From: a virus
Taxonomy: Duplodnaviria > Caudoviricetes
Reading direction: 5' to 3' (one strand)
DNA: 41,723 nt
IMG/VR virus record: IMGVR_UViG_3300021560_000028
Coordinates: 1 to 41,723 of that record
The position numbers were made by a program, and so were the translations under genes. This document shows positions 36,795 to 41,723 of this stretch, piece by piece. How positions within the stretch are numbered: position 1 is the first letter of the stretch; every line of letters starts with the position of its first letter. Under the pieces are notes generated by a model. It was not told where the DNA came from, made no database searches, and saw only the letters and a list, made by a program, of their open reading frames with translations.

Positions 36795-36898
36795 TCTAGG
36801 CGATAGGGTCCGGCACCGCCCCCTAGGCTATATCTTCTATATATATATATATAAATTCGATATAGAGGGGGAGGCGGTGCCCGGGTCTATCGCCTAGA
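36795..36898. other. Long imperfect inverted repeat around a (TA)8 tract; candidate replication origin
   Basis: TCTAGGCGATAG..GGCACCGCC..CTATATC / GATATAG..GGCGGTGCC..CTATCGCCTAGA, immediately after the helicase stop. Confidence 0.6.
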
Positions 36899-38069
36899 TC
36901 CGAGGACTTTGTTTTGAGCCGCTTTTTTCGACGGTCCATTCCCAGTAATCGATACCCTTTCCGGCCTTTTTATAGACTGCTTTTTTCTCGATTCCAAGCT
37001 TATCCACGGCCTTATTCAAAGTAGCCTCATTGGTACTAGCTCCAGCCTCTCTTAGCTGGTTTATTATGTCCTCTTTCTTCCATGTTTTCTGCACCTTAAA
37101 TATCGCCTGAAGCGCGTCGATAAGGTCGACTAGCGCGCCTGACATCTTCCTGGCGGGCTTCCTGTTGATTATCTCGGAAGCATCCTTGTCAGTTGTGCCT
37201 AGGAACATGATTGTGCCGGCTGTAATTTCCTGTTCTTCATCAACTAGGATCTCTTCAATCCTGTAGGCAATAGACGGCCATGACCGTCCTAGGTTGTTCT
37301 TTTGCTTCGAGATTACGCCTATCCCATCCTCATCCATTGCCAGGTATATGACGGCTCGGGAGACGTTCCGGAACTCTTGTGATCCAGACATTCGCTCCAT
37401 GGCGTCCGCGGCATTGTTCTTGTTGAAGTGTACGTTCCCGATTATGACACAGTTCTGCCGTCGTGCGATAGACTGTAGCTTCATCAGGATGTCTCGTACA
37501 TGTTGCCCATGATTCGTGTCACGGGCTAGGTCTATCGCCCCGACTATCGAGTCGAAGAACACCCATGAGGCATCGTTCTTGTCGATAGCTGCTTCTAGCT
37601 CGCCGTAATCTTTTGGCAAGCTGATGATCTCGCCGTCCGGAGTCTCTTGTGTAATAACTTCAAGACCGCCTATCATATCGAGATCCGCCCCGGCCGCGAC
37701 AAGACGTGGTATGATGGTCCGCTCCCAGTCATCCTCCGAGGCAGCTATGATACAGAACTGAGGCTTTCCATACCAGTACCCATCTAGTTCGCCTAGCGTA
37801 AGCTGAGCTATAAGGCCAAGATTGAACGTACTCTTCCCCGCTTCGCCATGTCCTGCTGTTAGGGTTAGCTCGCCTATCGGGATTCGCTCGTGTCTGCCAT
37901 TAGCCCATCCCCAATGGACTTTCTTCATTGTATAGTCGCTTGCGAGAGTCACCTTCCCGACGCGATGTCCGTTGCTGGCAGAATTGACATCGCTTTGCCA
38001 ATTGCTATCGACGTACGTGACGCCGCCACGTCGTAGTGGCCGGTTCCCGTTGTCACTGTTGTTACTCAT
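36894..38069 (-). CDS. AAA_25 / RepA-like replicative helicase
   Basis: Walker A GHGEAGKST, SEDD...IPRL.AAGAD, Walker B VFFDS, HFNK, GS, K.NL. ATGA overlap with primase. Confidence 0.85.
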   Translation of the reverse strand: MSNNSDNGNRPLRRGGVTYVDSNWQSDVNSASNGHRVGKVTLASDYTMKKVHWGWANGRHERIPIGELTLTAGHGEAGKSTFNLGLIAQLTLGELDGYWYGKPQFCIIAASEDDWERTIIPRLVAAGADLDMIGGLEVITQETPDGEIISLPKDYGELEAAIDKNDASWVFFDSIVGAIDLARDTNHGQHVRDILMKLQSIARRQNCVIIGNVHFNKNNAADAMERMSGSQEFRNVSRAVIYLAMDEDGIGVISKQKNNLGRSWPSIAYRIEEILVDEEQEITAGTIMFLGTTDKDASEIINRKPARKMSGALVDLIDALQAIFKVQKTWKKEDIINQLREAGASTNEATLNKAVDKLGIEKKAVYKKAGKGIDYWEWTVEKSGSKQSPRI

Positions 38070-39076
38070 GATGTTCTCCGCCATGGTGACACGAACTTCG
38101 AGCACTCGTCACCCTTGGCTTGCGGAAGGGCAGCCGCTTTGGCCATTGCGCTGTTGACAGCGCCCTTCCATTCCGAACGTAGGTTTCGCCTCCTCCCGCT
38201 GTTCATGAAGGCATCTTCGCAGACCCCAAGAGCGTAGTCAAGTCCCTTATGTCCCTCGGCCGCGTTAGTACATAGGAACATCGCCGTCGCGACAATCGTG
38301 TCGTGTAGTCCGCCGAGAACTGCCGCTGCCCGTATCTTGCCTGCCTCTATTTCAGAAGCATTCTTCATGTAGTAACACATCGCCCCTCCTGATACCTTCC
38401 CATACCATGCGACAACTTCAGCTTCCTGTGCCGCACCTTTCACGACATACTCGCGCGGGGATAGTAGGTACTTACCCCATTCAGGCGGTAGCCATGGCAA
38501 ATCTGTCGGGCGCGGTTTCCCTGCTTCACGATCGCCGTACCACCACCGGTAAATCCGCCCAGTTGAGTTATGTACTGACGGTTCTACTGTCGCGAACCTA
38601 TGGTGGAACTGAGCTATCTCAACTCCAGACCCGACTCCAAGATCAGTAATCCACACCCACTCATCTCGGCGCGGAGCATAGTACAGGTAGATTCCCGACA
38701 TGCCATCATCGCGCGAGGTAGAGCGCCAGGTCTGAGGCAATATCCCTAGCCTAGACTGTAGGTTCCATATCGTTCTGTCGCCACCCCGGTTTTCGTATGC
38801 ATCGACATCAATTCCTATGATATCCCATGGCAGCCGAATCCCTATATTAGCGGTCGGAAATTCGGTGATCAATTCCGCTAGGCGTATGTCGTCTGGGTCA
38901 ACTCCGTTGTGTCCGGTCACGCCTTTTGCCAAGGGTGCTTTCGTGCCCTGCCGGGTAACCGGAATTGTACCAGTCCAGCCACGCTCGCGATAGATCCGAG
39001 CGGCATCACGGAATGGGAAATGCTTCTCTCCGCGTAGGTCTTTACTTTTCCCGCCGGACGCGGTAGACTCGTTCAT
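38066..39076 (-). CDS. Bifunctional DNA primase/polymerase (Prim-Pol)
   Basis: A..Y..RGW..IP...KAP, NIGIRL...IGIDVD, STSR, PSVH..TG..Y.W, LPWLP.EW. Confidence 0.85.
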   Translation of the reverse strand: MNESTASGGKSKDLRGEKHFPFRDAARIYRERGWTGTIPVTRQGTKAPLAKGVTGHNGVDPDDIRLAELITEFPTANIGIRLPWDIIGIDVDAYENRGGDRTIWNLQSRLGILPQTWRSTSRDDGMSGIYLYYAPRRDEWVWITDLGVGSGVEIAQFHHRFATVEPSVHNSTGRIYRWWYGDREAGKPRPTDLPWLPPEWGKYLLSPREYVVKGAAQEAEVVAWYGKVSGGAMCYYMKNASEIEAGKIRAAAVLGGLHDTIVATAMFLCTNAAEGHKGLDYALGVCEDAFMNSGRRRNLRSEWKGAVNSAMAKAAALPQAKGDECSKFVSPWRRTS

Positions 39077-39175
39077 GTGAGCCCCTCCTCACTCGGGCGG
39101 GCCAGGACTACTCCTCTTGGCCCGCCGACTTCCCTTGGTGTATGTTTACCCCGCCGTAACCGGACGGAAACCCCT

Positions 39176-39204
39176 AGTATACCTCGGAACATGTCCCAAA
39201 GCTA
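39176..39204 (-). promoter_or_regulatory. Candidate leftward promoter for primase/helicase (-10 TATACT, weak -35 TAGCTT)
   Basis: Good -10 with a 17-nt spacer in the divergent intergenic region. Confidence 0.45.
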
Positions 39205-39234
39205 CCCCCGGGAAAAGATTTTTTCTTTGCCCCC

Positions 39235-39263
39235 TTCCCTTTTACCGGCCGGTAGAGTAGGAT
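39235..39263 (+). promoter_or_regulatory. Rightward promoter: TTCCCT-N17-TAGGAT
   Basis: Same architecture and TTCCCTTTT(A)CCGGCC motif as 39909-39937. Confidence 0.6.
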
Positions 39264-39359
39264 ACTAGTGCGGGTTCCGGTTTCGCTTTCCCGGTAGCCG
39301 CCCGAGCCGGTCAGGAGCGAGCGCCGCTGTCTGGCCGGCTCGGCACTGAGGGGAGAAGC

Positions 39360-39905
39360 ATGGCGCCAAAGAATATCCACGTCATGGGCATTGACCCCGG
39401 AGGAACGACCGGCTGGTACAACATTACAGTACCGGCCGACTGTATTTTTGGAGATGCCCCGTCTTCGATCATCGAGCATGACTGGGGCGAGTTCACGGGG
39501 CCGGAGCCACAACAGGCAATCGAGCTAGCCCGGCTTGTACGAGAGATTCAGGGTCTAGACTACAAAGTTGGTCCTGCCATGATCATGGAAGCCTGGGATC
39601 AGGACCCAACATTCCACTCCACAGATCCGGAGGCTCTATCTCCCGTACGCCTAGGCGCGATGATGACACTCCTCCAAGAACAGAAACTACTCGCCGACGC
39701 AACCCTCCATTTCCAGTCACGTACCCTCGCATTCGGTACAGTAACAGATGAACGCCTCCACAGGTGGCGGCTATGGGTAAAAGGCAGCGATCATGTCCGC
39801 GCGGCATTGCGACATGGCATAACAGCCTTGCGACGCGCTCGTGAGAACCCGGAGTGGGCGAACTCTTTGTGGCCTTACCTTGCCGAATATTATGGGCGAA
39901 ATTAG
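39360..39905 (+). CDS. RuvC-like Holliday junction resolvase
   Basis: VMGIDPGGTTG, IMEAW, and DHVRAALRH C-terminal helix; GAGGGGAG SD. Confidence 0.75.
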   Translation: MAPKNIHVMGIDPGGTTGWYNITVPADCIFGDAPSSIIEHDWGEFTGPEPQQAIELARLVREIQGLDYKVGPAMIMEAWDQDPTFHSTDPEALSPVRLGAMMTLLQEQKLLADATLHFQSRTLAFGTVTDERLHRWRLWVKGSDHVRAALRHGITALRRARENPEWANSLWPYLAEYYGRN

Positions 39906-39908
39906 GGG

Positions 39909-39937
39909 TTCCCTTTTCCGGCCCGACGCGCTATAGT
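39909..39937 (+). promoter_or_regulatory. Rightward promoter: TTCCCT-N17-TATAGT
   Basis: Repeat of the 39235 promoter motif; a structured region begins about 8 nt after the -10. Confidence 0.6.
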
Positions 39938-39944
39938 AGGCGTA

Positions 39945-40067
39945 GCCGGGAAGCGAGGGGAGGTTAGGATAGGAATGGAAGTTAGCCGCTACCGTATCGC
40001 AAGCGGGTATAGTGCCTGGTGGTCCCCCTACCAGGTGCGGTATCTCCTCAACCTCTCGCTTCCCGGT
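39945..40067 (+). ncRNA. Candidate structured RNA 1
   Basis: Perfect 12-bp closing stem 39946-39957/40055-40066 plus an internal hairpin 40012-40038; starts at the predicted TSS. Confidence 0.45.
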
Positions 40068-40123
40068 CAGGCTTCAGGAACGGAGGTGATGCGATTCGAG
40101 AGATCTAGCCGACAGCAAGATCC

Positions 40124-40217
40124 AGTGGTAGGCCGAGATCCCAGCCCGTCGTTTCAACCCCAAGAGACGCACTCGACGGGCGACGTCCATATTCACAAAT
40201 CCTCCCGGCCTACCACT
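40124..40217 (+). ncRNA. Candidate structured RNA 2 (stem-bubble-stem)
   Basis: 12-bp stem 40124-40135/40206-40217 and 8-bp inner stem 40144-40151/40174-40181. Confidence 0.4.
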
Positions 40218-40243
40218 CCCCCTACTGAGAAGGCGAAATCTGG

Positions 40244-40645
40244 ATGCTAGAACATGGTTTTAAGAAATGGATACAGAAGACAGATACCGTCATCCTCGTT
40301 TGCTGGGATCTCGGTCATATCTGGTCAGCAGAACTGTACGGTCACCTTGAGCGCCGTCCGCATGGAGCGCACGTGATGCTCGGGCCGTGCCAGCGAGGAT
40401 GTGGAGTTGTTCGGGCGCGGTACCTTACCAGCTCCTGGTCGCCGGACTCCTCCAAGAACAGCTACAAGTACCCGCATCACTATAGCCCGCGCGAGTACAT
40501 GGAGGGCAACCCATTCTTCATGTCAGCGGAACACCGCGCGGCTATCCGCAGGGAGCTTTCCCGCCGGATCAAGGCTGAGGGCAATCAGGAAGTTCTCGAC
40601 ACCGGCGCGAGCGTTCACGACATCACGGCCAGGTTCTCCGGGTGA
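40244..40645 (+). CDS. Hypothetical protein (C-x4-H ... CxxxC, possible zinc binding)
   Basis: CWDLGHIW...CQRGC; GAAGG SD. Confidence 0.65.
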   Translation: MLEHGFKKWIQKTDTVILVCWDLGHIWSAELYGHLERRPHGAHVMLGPCQRGCGVVRARYLTSSWSPDSSKNSYKYPHHYSPREYMEGNPFFMSAEHRAAIRRELSRRIKAEGNQEVLDTGASVHDITARFSG

Positions 40646-40706
40646 GTATGGCCGAAGCCAAACACCAAGTCCATGCTGACATCATTCGCACCCTAGTGAG
40701 GAACTA

Positions 40707-40814
40707 ATGAGTACCAAGGTCACCATCCTGAGCCAGAACGCCTGGAGCCAGCGCGTCCGGATCAAGCCGGACGGCAAGCCTCCAGTCGAACTCAACGTCA
40801 TCAAGACGTCATGA
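40707..40814 (+). CDS. Small hypothetical protein (35 aa)
   Basis: GAGGA SD; MSTKVTILSQNAWSQRVRIKPDGKPPVELNVIKTS*; GC3-biased codons. Confidence 0.45.
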   Translation: MSTKVTILSQNAWSQRVRIKPDGKPPVELNVIKTS

Positions 40815-40935
40815 TCTTCCGGTCGCGTGTCAAACTCTCCCCAGAAGTCGCCGGCACGCGGCCGGAACTAAAGCCTCCTCAGGGGAGGGATAGCAGGTTG
40901 GGAAAGCAACCTGCGCGACAGAAAGGGAACATCAT

Positions 40936-41610
40936 ATGTTCCGCAAGTCAGCAGTACTCATGTCAGCAGCAGTGCTCGGCGTCTTCGCGGCAGCGGGTGG
41001 GGTTGCCTCGGCGAACGTCCGGCCCGCCGACGCGACTGACGCCTGCCAGGCAATGTTCGACGGCTGTTCGGGCATCGTGGTGGCGCAGTCTGCGATCAGC
41101 TCGCACGACTTCTACCCGCGTTCGGACGCGGGCCTGACTGTCGTCGGCACGCCCAAGGCCGGAGCGAATGTTCAGATGAACATCTCCAACGACCTCCAGG
41201 ACGGTTCGCAGGACTTCACCCTCAACTACGACGACTTCGTCGGTGACGGCAGCGACGGCATGACCGCGTTCGATGTCCTCCACTACGGCGGCGACGCCAT
41301 CGTCTCCATCGAGTTCACGCCGTTCGGGCAGGACTCGGGATGGTGCCTCCAGCCGAGCGCTACGAAGACCACGCTCCAGAGCTGCGACGGTGCGGCCAAC
41401 CAGGCCTTCATCCTGACCGATACCGCTCCGTTCGTCAACCCGGCCACGCACGGCTACACGTTCGTGCTCTGGGCCCCGCAGGCGGCGAACAGCGATCACC
41501 ACCTCGCGATCGACGCGCCCGGGCACCTGTCCGGTAACGTGGACGCACAGCGGCTGGTGAACGTGAGCCACAACCACGCCTCCACGTTCATGTGGAACAC
41601 CATTCCGTAA
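40936..41610 (+). CDS. Secreted protein with ricin-B/beta-trefoil lectin-like repeat
   Basis: Sec signal (MFRK + hydrophobic + ASA); SGWCLQ...LQSCDGAANQAF; strongly host-like GC3. Confidence 0.7.
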   Translation: MFRKSAVLMSAAVLGVFAAAGGVASANVRPADATDACQAMFDGCSGIVVAQSAISSHDFYPRSDAGLTVVGTPKAGANVQMNISNDLQDGSQDFTLNYDDFVGDGSDGMTAFDVLHYGGDAIVSIEFTPFGQDSGWCLQPSATKTTLQSCDGAANQAFILTDTAPFVNPATHGYTFVLWAPQAANSDHHLAIDAPGHLSGNVDAQRLVNVSHNHASTFMWNTIP

Positions 41611-41623
41611 CCCACCTAGCAAG

Positions 41624-41657
41624 AAGGGGCCTGGCTTCGGCTGGGCCCCTTTTTTTT
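41624..41657 (+). terminator. Rho-independent terminator
   Basis: AAGGGGCCTGGC-TTCG-GCTGGGCCCCTT followed by a T run. Confidence 0.9.
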
Positions 41658-41723
41658 GTCCGTATATGCCAATGAAGCCAATACAGAACAGATATCGAAA
41701 TTAGTTGCGATTCTAGACGACTA

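Noticed and set aside
1-41723. tRNA genes (notably tRNA-Leu UAA), CRISPR array, integrase or IS elements
   Set aside because: None recognisable by eye in this window; tRNAscan on the whole genome would be needed.

Overview
A 41.7 kb segment of a tailed dsDNA actinobacteriophage (siphovirus-type, roughly 55-60% GC by eye). The left arm (+ strand, 1-7139) is a DNA metabolism module: an HNH/NUMOD3 homing endonuclease inserted at the 5' end of thyX, thyX, a split DnaE (PHP part and catalytic part) and a GT-A glycosyltransferase. A long minus-strand late region (36360 to 7350) encodes HNH, TerS, TerL, portal, a MuF-like protein, head accessory proteins, scaffold, capsid, head-tail connectors, major tail protein, frameshifted tail chaperones, tape measure, Dit, tail proteins, endolysin, a holin candidate and a methyltransferase. 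Primase-polymerase and helicase genes (minus strand) with a probable origin follow, then a divergent + strand block (RuvC-like resolvase, structured RNAs, a secreted lectin-like protein, terminator). The most striking feature is the Leu codon TTA. Scanning the called genes by eye I found only six in-frame TTA codons, all in special contexts. Two are flanked by matched take-off/landing codons whose skipping restores TerL (7-nt gap) and the DnaE PHP metal motif (6-nt gap). Four sit at TTA-TG junctions where TTA overlaps the next gene's ATG like a stop codon. This suggests a UUA-gated (bldA-type hungry codon) translational control system over both replication and packaging. Family assignments come from motif recognition, not database searches.
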